Shown in pieces: positions 18,982-27,312 of a stretch of 64,000 nt of DNA. The DNA comes from Blastocatellia bacterium (GTDB lineage Bacteria > Acidobacteriota > Blastocatellia > UBA7656). Each line of letters opens with the position of its first letter. Within the stretch, counting starts at the first letter, position 1. The notes beneath the pieces were generated by a model, which was not told the DNA's origin, searched no databases, and saw only the letters and a list, made by a program, of their open reading frames with translations. Where the stretch lies: the NCBI GenBank assembly GCA_035649735.1, contig DASRIZ010000454.1, forward strand, positions 1,519 through 65,518. The letters are read 5' to 3'. The translations under genes and the position numbers were made by a program.

Positions 18982-19485
18982 TCACTTGAATTCGTAGATC
19001 AGCACTCGCTTTGGCTTCACGTAAACCGCTCCTACCAGGGCTCCGATACCCGCCCCTATCGCCGCGCCGAACCCGCCAAGAAACCCCACAAGAGGCAAAG
19101 TGTCGAGATCTTCATAACTACCACCCCAAATGCCAACCACAGCGCCTGTCCCAAATCCGATTCCGGCGCCCATCGCCGTCGATTTTCCAACTGATCTGCT
19201 CACCGATCGAGGGACAACCCGATAGACCTTCGCAATCGTGTCGCGATTGAGATCCGTATCCGTCGTTCCTCGGGTGAGCATCAGAACCGAATCAGACGCG
19301 TTGCGCATGGTTCCCTCTATCTTTTTTCCGTCTTTCAGCTGGACACGCAAATGGTCACCAGCGGGCAGCGCTTTTACTGCCTGCCATTCGAGCGTCGGGT
19401 TGCCCATTTTCTGCGCAATCACCGAACCGGCGTTCGACAGCAACACGACCAGCACAATATTAACTACCAGAACCTTGGGTTTCAT
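18982..19485 (-). CDS. Secreted glycine-zipper (Gly-zipper_Omp-like) protein
   Basis: Signal peptide; GAGIGFGTGAVVGIWGG and GFLGGFGAAIGAGIGALVGA glycine zippers. Confidence 0.5.
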   Translation of the reverse strand: MKPKVLVVNIVLVVLLSNAGSVIAQKMGNPTLEWQAVKALPAGDHLRVQLKDGKKIEGTMRNASDSVLMLTRGTTDTDLNRDTIAKVYRVVPRSVSRSVGKSTAMGAGIGFGTGAVVGIWGGSYEDLDTLPLVGFLGGFGAAIGAGIGALVGAVYVKPKRVLIYEFK

Positions 19486-19654
19486 GAGGGTCTCCGGTGG
19501 AGAGTCGGTGAGGATTGAGTAATATCCGGTGGGTCTAAAAGCGCATCAGCATCATAGCACGTTAGCGGCTTTACTGAAGGCTTGATTTACCCTAATGGTT
19601 TATACAGTGGTAGGACTCGGGAGGAGTGGGTGACGCAATCACTCTGAGCTCCCG

Positions 19655-21478
19655 TTACCACTCAGCATCAGTGCCGGCGCCCAGAGCAACCCGGTGATCT
19701 TGAAACTGAATCTCGTAAAGTCTCTTGTAGAGTCCGCCGCCAGCCAGCAGTTCGTCGTGGCTGCCTTCCTCGACAATTCGTCCCTGATCGAGAACGATGA
19801 TGCGATCCGCTCGCCGAACAGTCGAGAGCCGATGGGCGATTACGAAGGTGGTGCGGCCCTGCATAAGTGTCTCCAGCGCGTCCTGAACCAATCGCTCTGA
19901 TTCAGAATCGAGCGAACTGGTCGCTTCATCGAGGATCAGTATCGCCGGGTTCTTGAGCAGTGCGCGCGCTATAGCGATTCGCTGCCGCTGTCCGCCCGAG
20001 AGCTTTACTCCCCGCTCGCCGACGACGGTGTCATACCCCTCAGGAAACTCGGAGATGAATTCATGAGCGTGGGCCGCGCGGGCGACCGCTTCAATCTCCT
20101 CATTCGATGCGCCCAACTTTCCGTAGCCGATGTTCTCGCGAATCGGTCCGCCGAAGAGCGTAGTCTCCTGTGGCACCATACCGATCGCGCTTCTCAGATC
20201 CGCGAGTCGCAGCGACCTGATGTCGTGGCTGTCTATCCGGATCGACCCCGCACTCACGTCGTAGAAGCGCGGGATCAAGGCCACCAGCGTCGACTTCCCC
20301 GCCCCGCTCGGACCGACCAGCGCGATGATCTCGCCGGGCTTTGCTTCGATAGTCACGCTTTTTAACACAGCTAAGGCGCGTTCGTCGGGATACGTGAACT
20401 CTACATCGATAAGCTCAACGTGACCCTGAACTTTTTCGAGCGTCTCAGGATCCTGCGGGTCCTTGATCTCTGGTCTGGTATCAAGCAGCTCAAACACACG
20501 CCGGGTCGCGCCGATCGCCTGGTTAAATTGGCCGTACAACTCGGTCATGCCGCCAACGGCACCGCCGACAAAAAACGTATAGAGCACGAACTTGATCAAG
20601 TCACCGGCGGTCATTTGACCGGAAATAACCATTCGGCTTCCGAACCACAGCACCACAGCGATGCCGCTGTACACGACCAGGATGATGAAAGCGATAAAGC
20701 CGCCGCTTGCAATCGCCCGCTTCACGGCAAGCTTGAGCGAATCCTGAATTCTGCTTCGATAACGCGCGCGTTCATACTCCTCGCGTACGAACGATTGAAC
20801 GATGCGGATAGCGGACAGCGTTTCCTCGAGGACGGAGTTGGCTTCGGCTAAACGGTCTTGAACCTGAGTGCTCAGCCGCCGAACGTAGCGGCCATAGAAA
20901 TGCGCCGAAACAATCACTACCGGCACGATGGCGAGCATCAACACCGACAATCGGACATTGGTGATGAAGATGATTGTTATCCCGCCGACCAGCAACAACC
21001 CCGAGCGAAGCAGTTCGGTGATGCTGCCGGTTGTGACGGTCTGGACGACGCTGACATCGGAAGCCAGGCGCGAGGTCAGCTCGCCGACTCTGCGGTTAGC
21101 AAAGAACGACACCGGAAGACTGGTCAGGTGGTTGTAGAGCTGGGTCCGAACATCGGCGACGATGCGTTCGCCGGTATACGAGAGCAGATAAGTTCGTAAG
21201 AAACTGAATCCCGCCTGGGCGGCAAAAACTCCGACGAGAAGCAACGCGAACTGGTTGAGCTTCTGCGAATCGCGTTGGACGAAGGCGGCATCTATGAGCA
21301 TCCCGACAACCTGAGGAAAGGCGAGCCCCAGCGCGCCGGCAACCAGCAATGAGATCAACGCGATGCCTAGCCTGACTCGATAGGGCTTTGCGTAGGATAA
21401 AAGCCGCAGCAGGTCACGCGGTGACACCCGAGGCTTTTCCTTGGTCGCGTTCTCGTCTTGCCGTTCGAGGGCTTTCAC
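19655..21478 (-). CDS. ABC transporter permease/ATPase fusion (MsbA/lipid-exporter type)
   Basis: Six-TM ABC_membrane domain followed by Walker A (GPSGAGKST), signature LSGGQRQRIAIARAL, Walker B ILILDEATS. Confidence 0.85.
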   Translation of the reverse strand: MKALERQDENATKEKPRVSPRDLLRLLSYAKPYRVRLGIALISLLVAGALGLAFPQVVGMLIDAAFVQRDSQKLNQFALLLVGVFAAQAGFSFLRTYLLSYTGERIVADVRTQLYNHLTSLPVSFFANRRVGELTSRLASDVSVVQTVTTGSITELLRSGLLLVGGITIIFITNVRLSVLMLAIVPVVIVSAHFYGRYVRRLSTQVQDRLAEANSVLEETLSAIRIVQSFVREEYERARYRSRIQDSLKLAVKRAIASGGFIAFIILVVYSGIAVVLWFGSRMVISGQMTAGDLIKFVLYTFFVGGAVGGMTELYGQFNQAIGATRRVFELLDTRPEIKDPQDPETLEKVQGHVELIDVEFTYPDERALAVLKSVTIEAKPGEIIALVGPSGAGKSTLVALIPRFYDVSAGSIRIDSHDIRSLRLADLRSAIGMVPQETTLFGGPIRENIGYGKLGASNEEIEAVARAAHAHEFISEFPEGYDTVVGERGVKLSGGQRQRIAIARALLKNPAILILDEATSSLDSESERLVQDALETLMQGRTTFVIAHRLSTVRRADRIIVLDQGRIVEEGSHDELLAGGGLYKRLYEIQFQDHRVALGAGTDAEW

Positions 21479-21634
21479 AATGGCTTATAGCTTCGGCTAC
21501 GGCCCCCGTCGCGTCAAGCACCGCAGTTGACCGATTGCCGTCAAGTACATTGGCCAGGCCATCCTTCTGAGTTGTATGATGGAGATGCGACGCTTGAATT
21601 TAAAGTCAACTTCACCCGTAGCACCGGAGGAAGA

Positions 21635-22039
21635 ATGATTAAGAGGAGCTGTTCAATAATCGTCGCTTGCCTGCTCACCCTTTCAACCATCAGTCAGCAA
21701 CCCGCTACTGCCAGTTCAAAGCCGGAAAAAGACGCCCAGTTTGCTCAGAAGATAAAGTCCGCTATCGAAAAACTTGGCACAGGTCAGTCGAGCCAGGTGA
21801 ATATCAAGCTCCGCGACAAGACGCGATTGACCGGATACGTCAGCGAGATCGGGGACACATCTTTCGTGGTCACCGATCTGAAAAGCGCGGCGAGCACTAC
21901 CGTGGCTTACCCTCAAGTCGTACAGGTCAAAGGGAATAATCTGTCGACCCGCACAAAGGTAATCATAACTGCTGCGGTCATCGCGGGCATCGCAATCACG
22001 CTTTACATCGTTCGCGGCGCCTTTTGCGACGGATGTTGA
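21635..22039 (+). CDS. Hypothetical secreted protein with C-terminal TM anchor
   Basis: Signal peptide, GGAGG RBS, C-terminal hydrophobic helix; no motif. Confidence 0.4.
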   Translation: MIKRSCSIIVACLLTLSTISQQPATASSKPEKDAQFAQKIKSAIEKLGTGQSSQVNIKLRDKTRLTGYVSEIGDTSFVVTDLKSAASTTVAYPQVVQVKGNNLSTRTKVIITAAVIAGIAITLYIVRGAFCDGC

Positions 22040-22284
22040 TCCCTTGCTAGTTCCTTTACTTCACACGACCTAAAATCAGTCGGAACACTCGGCTCCGGCT
22101 AAGCGTTTTGCACACTGGGAACGCTTTGCCGGACGTCCGTTTGCGCTTCCGGAATCGACAGGGTTCGCCGCAAGCCGTACGGTTCTTGCGAAGATCTGAT
22201 CGCCGGTTGATCTCGAAATGGTCGACTGCTAGACTGACGGCAATTTAGAAGCTCAATTCAGGAGGTGTACGCTTGTATAATCTG

Positions 22285-23016
22285 ATGAAGATCGTTTTGG
22301 TCGGCGCATTCGTAACTGTGGTGGCCGCCCAGTCGCCGCAAACTCCGCTCACAGACTCTCGGTTAACCATTCACACTCTAGTCCGCGAGGATATTTTCGC
22401 CGGGTTTATGGCTGATGACATGAAACGCTTCGAGCAAGGAGAAAAGAACATTGAGCTTCTGCTCGAGCAGCGGCCTAACCAAAAAGGCAACCTGCTGTCC
22501 TGGAAGGGCGGGGCGCTTCTTTACCGCGCCGTGCGGGCCCACGAAAACAACCGCCCTGATGAGTTCAAGCAACTTTACCGACAGGCTCTTGAAGTTTTTG
22601 CCGAAGCCGGCAAGCAACCCGGCGGCAACGACGGGGTGGCGGCGGTTACCGGAGGGAGCTTCGCGATCTTCGCCGACCGGCTTCCCAAAGAGTATCGCAC
22701 CGCGGGATGGTCAACGGCCTATGACAACTACCTGACTCTGTACAAACAACAGGCTCAGATACTCGATAAACTGCCCGTCCACCTGCGAGGCGAAGTGCTC
22801 GGCGGACTGGCTCAAGCCGCTCAACGAACCGGACGCAAAGAAGAGTCGGCCCAGTACGTCGACAAGATCCTTGCGGTGCTTGGCGGAACGCCGTACGAAC
22901 CGGTCGCCAAGAAATGGAAAGCGAATCCGGAGTCAGCAGCAAATACCAGCATCACTTGCATGACTTGTCACGACGGTGGACGCCTCGCCGCCCGAGTAGC
23001 CGAAATCAACAAGTAA
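22285..23016 (+). CDS. Hypothetical secreted protein with C-terminal CXXCH motif
   Basis: Signal peptide; single CMTCH near C-terminus (possible heme-c site). Confidence 0.4.
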   Translation: MKIVLVGAFVTVVAAQSPQTPLTDSRLTIHTLVREDIFAGFMADDMKRFEQGEKNIELLLEQRPNQKGNLLSWKGGALLYRAVRAHENNRPDEFKQLYRQALEVFAEAGKQPGGNDGVAAVTGGSFAIFADRLPKEYRTAGWSTAYDNYLTLYKQQAQILDKLPVHLRGEVLGGLAQAAQRTGRKEESAQYVDKILAVLGGTPYEPVAKKWKANPESAANTSITCMTCHDGGRLAARVAEINK

Positions 23017-23142
23017 TCGCCAGGGTCAAACCCTGAAGCGCAAAACCGGGTGGTGTCAAACGGCCGAAAAACGTCGAAAGAAAAGGCGTCGTTTCGGCCG
23101 TTTGTATTTATGTTTGGCAACCCCGAGTTCGAGGTGCGTGAA

Positions 23143-23619
23143 ATGTTACGAGTGTTTGGCCTGGCAGTACTAATCACATTGAGTATGGTTCATCACGGAG
23201 ATGCGAACATGGCGAACCAGTCTAGGGCAGTCGCTTCCGATTTGACCCAAATCGAGCACCGGCTGGTGAAAGCCTGGATCGAGGGCGATCGGGCGGCAGT
23301 CGACTCGATACTGGCGGCCGATTGGTCGGTAATCGATCTGACCGGCAACGTGCTGACCAGGGCCCAGGTGATGCAAGAGCTTGGCTCGGGAGTCCGGCGA
23401 ATTGAATCAGGATCGGTCGATGATCTGAACATCCGAACGTTTGGCGATGTTGCAATCGTCACCGGCCGGTCAGTCCTCGCAGGCAGCTATCAGGGTGAGC
23501 GAGCCAGTGTGGTTCAACGTTTCACCGATGTCTTCGTAAGGCGCGATGGTCGCTGGCAAAGCTGTCGCGTCCCAAGGCACCCAGGTAGCGCAACCGGCAA
23601 AGTGACCAGGTACCTATGA
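23143..23619 (+). CDS. SnoaL-like / DUF4440 (NTF2-fold) secreted protein
   Basis: Signal peptide; WIEGDRAAVDSILAADW ... RDGRWQ pattern typical of NTF2-like DUF4440. Confidence 0.45.
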   Translation: MLRVFGLAVLITLSMVHHGDANMANQSRAVASDLTQIEHRLVKAWIEGDRAAVDSILAADWSVIDLTGNVLTRAQVMQELGSGVRRIESGSVDDLNIRTFGDVAIVTGRSVLAGSYQGERASVVQRFTDVFVRRDGRWQSCRVPRHPGSATGKVTRYL

Positions 23620-24041
23620 AGACCAAAGCAATAGCAAAATTTGTTTATGGGTTTTTCGGTGCGGCGTTCCTGATCGTTGGCGTCACCGTGCTCTTGCTTC
23701 ACACAGGTTTGCTGCCCGAGTCAGTCAAGAATGTTGTTGTGGGCTTTGCGCACGACGACGAACTAGCCGTGCATCTCATTCAGGAGCTGGCTTCAGTTCT
23801 AGTCTTCGCCGGGCTTATAACGTTCTGGTTCATTCGACACTATGAGCAAAGCAAGGCTTATCACTGGGCGATGACGACATTCTGGGCGTTGATCTCATTT
23901 GCCCACTGGTTCGATGGACGAGAGGGTCCTCGATCGGTCACCGGTCCGTTGATCAATACAATCCCGTTTGTTTTGTTTTTGTTGATTGGCTTGTTTCGGT
24001 GGCATGCAGAAAGACGGCTCTCGAGTGTCATATCGAGATAA
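23616..24041 (+). CDS. Hypothetical integral membrane protein (4 predicted TM helices)
   Basis: Hydrophobicity pattern only. Confidence 0.4.
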   Translation: MKTKAIAKFVYGFFGAAFLIVGVTVLLLHTGLLPESVKNVVVGFAHDDELAVHLIQELASVLVFAGLITFWFIRHYEQSKAYHWAMTTFWALISFAHWFDGREGPRSVTGPLINTIPFVLFLLIGLFRWHAERRLSSVISR

Positions 24042-24070
24042 GCGACGTCCTTTTTTGCAGTGCACCCTCT

Positions 24071-24270
24071 ATTTGGACTGCGCCGCCCCATGTCGCATTG
24101 CGTAACTTTCGCAATGGCTGGCGGCGCTTTTGCAGGAAGGGTCAGAAACATCAAAGACACCGCGTGGTTGGCGCATCTCCCGCTGTTGCCGGCGTGACAC
24201 ACCCACACTACAAAAGCGCCGCCACGCACGCAACAGTCACTCAATTCGAAAGAGGGCAGCGCACTCCAAA
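24071..24270. repeat. REP-pair (BIME/MITE-like) element: two inverted copies of a ~60-bp GC-rich palindromic unit (ATTTGGACTGCGCCGCC...GGCGGCGCTTTTG)
   Basis: Left copy 24071-24132, inverted right copy 24212-24270; same unit recurs at 60256-60456. Confidence 0.65.
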
Positions 24271-24392
24271 CATTGGCTCTGAATCCAAGTTGACGCGATA
24301 CAACCATTGCGATATGAGTAGCTCTTGCGGTTAGCCGTTGCTAGCTTTTCGCATTCCAGCTTCGCTCCACAACTCATCCTTCGGAGGTTCGT

Positions 24393-26573
24393 ATGCTTAG
24401 ACTCATAAAGCTCCAACGGACATCGACTGTAGGTATCCTTGCTCTGACATTATTACTGACGGTAGGCGGACCTCGCGGTACTGTCGCCAGTGCCCAGACT
24501 CAACCGAGTGGCCGAGCATTGGAGCTAAGGGATTACTATCGAGTGGAGAGCATCGGCAGCCCGGCCATCTCGCCCGATGGCAAAAGCATCGCCTTCGTGC
24601 GGACGTATACCGTCGAAACCGATAATCGACGCCAGAGCGAAATCTGGATCGTCCCTTCCGATGGTTCATCCGCGGCAAAACGAGTGACGGACCCCACGGT
24701 CAGCTCTTCGAACCCTCGGTGGAGCCCCGACAGCAAACTGCTCGCTTTCTCCGCCACCCGCCGCAGGGCCGCGGGATCCGGAGCAGAAGAGTCGAGCCCG
24801 ATATGGTTTCTGCGAATGGATCAACCCGGCACTCAGCCGTTTCAGGTTCAAGGACTGGGCGGGAGCCCGATCTTCAGCCCCGATAATCAGTGGATCGCAT
24901 TCACCAAGCGAACTCCTCCCGCAGCAAAGTCTCCGAAACAATACACTTCAGATTTCGAAAAGAAGATCGATGAACGATTCAAGGGCAAGGTTTTTGATTG
25001 GATGGAATATCGTTTTGATCAGCGCGGCTACCTTTCCGATCCGCGCGATCCGATGTCGACGCCCCCTGAGGAGCTTTACATCCTGCCGCGATCCGGAGGA
25101 ACTCCAAAGCAAATCACAAAACTCGGAGTGAACGTTCAGTCGGCTTCGTGGCGTCCGGACAGCGGTGCGCTGGTTATAGAGGCCAACTCCCATCAGCGGG
25201 ACGAATACCTGTACGAGCGATCCGATTTGTGGATCGTGAACGTTGGCGGGGGGATCAAACGCCTGACCGACGACGGTTTCAATCACAGCGCGCCTTCGTA
25301 CTCACCCGATGGAAGCAGCATTGTCTTCCGTAGACAGCAGAGCCTGACATCCGTGATTGCCGCAAAGCAGAGTCATGGCGGCGCGGTCGATGTATGCCGG
25401 ATCTCGATCGAGGGCGGTAAGATGGACAACCTTACTGCGAACTGGGATCTGCTTCCGGGGAGCACCGCCTGGAGCCCTGATGGGCGCTTCGTCTATTTCA
25501 GCGGCGGCGTCGGAGGCAGCAATCATCTGTTTAGAGTCGCGGCAGCGGGCGGCGCGGTGGAACAATTGACTAAAGGCGAGCGCGGGGTGAGCGGTGTCAG
25601 CTTATCAAGCGCGTTCGATCGGATCGCATACGCCGCGAGTGATTCAACACATCCTTCCGAGGTTTTTTCCGCGCGCATCGACGGGAGTGATGAAAAGAAA
25701 CTCTCTGCTTTCAACGACACATTGATCGGCGAATTGAGACTGAGTCCGGCGGAGCGAATTCTTTATCCAAGCAAGGACGGGACACAGATCGAGGGTTGGG
25801 TCGTGCGGCCGCAAGGTTACGATCCCGCGAAGACAAAGTATCCGCTGATCCTGAACACGCACGGCGGACCGCACGGCGCTTACGGGAACGACTTCTCATT
25901 TCAGTTTCAGCTGCTGGCTGCAAACGGTTATCTGGTCCTTTACACCAACCCGCGTGGCTCGACCGGCTACGGCGAGAAGTTTTTGTGGGGCACCTGGGGC
26001 GGCTGGGGTGTCCTCGATTATCAGGATGTGATGGCCGGTGTTGATTACACGATCAAGAAATACGCGGTAGACGAAAAGCGTATGGGAGTGACTGGTTATT
26101 CATACGGCGGGTTTTTGACCGATTGGATCATAACTCAGACAAATCGGTTTTCGGCGGCTATCGCGGGAGCCGGTATTTCAAATTGGATCAGCGACTATGG
26201 GACGGCAGACATCCCGCGAACCAAGGAAAGCGAGTTCTACGGACCACCGTGGGAACCGAAGAGCCGGGACCTGCTGATCAAGCTTTCGCCGATCACTCAC
26301 GCTGCAAATGTCACAACTCCGACGCTGTTTGTTCACGGCGAGTCTGATTTGCGCGTCCCAATTGAGCAGGCGGAGCAGATGTATACCGCACTAAAGAAAC
26401 GGCGAGTGCCGGCGAAGTTCATCCGATATCCGGATTCGTATCACGGTGGCTGGACTCCGTGGAATACCGTGCATCGGTTCTATCACGAGTTGCAGTGGTG
26501 GAACGAGCACCTATCGGGGAGCGCAGACGCTAGTCGCGCGGTCGGGCGATCGTCGACGAAGGGGCGCCCCTGA
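24393..26573 (+). CDS. S9-family serine peptidase (prolyl oligopeptidase/acylaminoacyl-peptidase type) with N-terminal beta-propeller
   Basis: Signal peptide; TolB-like WD40-like repeats; nucleophile elbow GYSYGG; catalytic D/H region at C-terminus. Confidence 0.8.
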   Translation: MLRLIKLQRTSTVGILALTLLLTVGGPRGTVASAQTQPSGRALELRDYYRVESIGSPAISPDGKSIAFVRTYTVETDNRRQSEIWIVPSDGSSAAKRVTDPTVSSSNPRWSPDSKLLAFSATRRRAAGSGAEESSPIWFLRMDQPGTQPFQVQGLGGSPIFSPDNQWIAFTKRTPPAAKSPKQYTSDFEKKIDERFKGKVFDWMEYRFDQRGYLSDPRDPMSTPPEELYILPRSGGTPKQITKLGVNVQSASWRPDSGALVIEANSHQRDEYLYERSDLWIVNVGGGIKRLTDDGFNHSAPSYSPDGSSIVFRRQQSLTSVIAAKQSHGGAVDVCRISIEGGKMDNLTANWDLLPGSTAWSPDGRFVYFSGGVGGSNHLFRVAAAGGAVEQLTKGERGVSGVSLSSAFDRIAYAASDSTHPSEVFSARIDGSDEKKLSAFNDTLIGELRLSPAERILYPSKDGTQIEGWVVRPQGYDPAKTKYPLILNTHGGPHGAYGNDFSFQFQLLAANGYLVLYTNPRGSTGYGEKFLWGTWGGWGVLDYQDVMAGVDYTIKKYAVDEKRMGVTGYSYGGFLTDWIITQTNRFSAAIAGAGISNWISDYGTADIPRTKESEFYGPPWEPKSRDLLIKLSPITHAANVTTPTLFVHGESDLRVPIEQAEQMYTALKKRRVPAKFIRYPDSYHGGWTPWNTVHRFYHELQWWNEHLSGSADASRAVGRSSTKGRP

Positions 26574-26672
26574 GCACGCGATGTATCGCGCATTCTCAGC
26601 TCGACGTTGACCGAGGACTTTAGCTGTTGTACGGTGAGCCTGTACAAGTCAGGGCTTCAACACAGACGGATT

Positions 26673-26960
26673 ATGGCAACCCACACAACTTATTCTAATG
26701 CGCGCGCGAATCTTGCGGCTATCCTTGATCGAGTTGTCGCTGATCGTGAAATCGTTATCATCAATCGACGCGGGGGTGAGGATGTGGCGCTTGTGGCCGC
26801 GAAGGAACTCTCGAGTCTTGTCGAAACCGCTCACTTGCTCAGGTCTCCGGCAAATGCGCGGCGGCTGCTGAAGGCCCTGCATCGTGCTAAATCGAGAACG
26901 CTAAAGCCCCAACCTCTGGAGAAGCTACGACGTGAGATGCGGGTTGCGGAGAAAAAATAA
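26673..26960 (+). CDS. Type II antitoxin, Phd/YefM family
   Basis: MATHTTYSNARANLAAILDRVVADREIVIINRRG... matches Phd/YefM N-terminal fold signature. Confidence 0.8.
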   Translation: MATHTTYSNARANLAAILDRVVADREIVIINRRGGEDVALVAAKELSSLVETAHLLRSPANARRLLKALHRAKSRTLKPQPLEKLRREMRVAEKK

Positions 26961-26994
26961 AGAAAAGACTGTCACTAAGCGGGATCGCGATGCG

Positions 26995-27273
26995 GTGTTC
27001 CATCCCGAATTCCGAGAAGACTTACGCTTTTGGGTGGACGCAGACCGGAAGGTTGCTCTTCGAGCATTCGATTTGATTGAAGCGATCTTGCGAGATCCCT
27101 TTCAAGGCATCGGTAAACCCGAGCCTTTAAAATATTTAGCGTCTGGCACATGGTCGCGCCGCCTAACTCAGGAACACCGAATCGTGTATCTAGTTAGTCA
27201 CGATCGCATTGATTCCTGCAGGCCCGTTATGACTACTAGCTTTGTTTTGCCCAGTCACAACGTGATTGTTTGA
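26995..27273 (+). CDS. yoeB: Type II toxin, YoeB/Txe family mRNA interferase (GTG start inferred)
   Basis: ...DPFQGIGKPEPLKYLASGTWSRRLTQEHRIVYLV closely parallels E. coli YoeB core ([28 protein letters not shown]). Confidence 0.75.
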   Translation: MFHPEFREDLRFWVDADRKVALRAFDLIEAILRDPFQGIGKPEPLKYLASGTWSRRLTQEHRIVYLVSHDRIDSCRPVMTTSFVLPSHNVIV

Positions 27274-27312
27274 TCAAAGGAGCCGCACGTCCCCTACGAA
27301 GAGGTGGCAAGA

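Noticed and set aside
23999-24334. 111-aa ORF spanning the REP pair at 24071-24270
   Set aside because: It is composed of repeat-element sequence and shares its WTAPP peptide with the artefactual ORF at the second REP locus, so it is non-coding.
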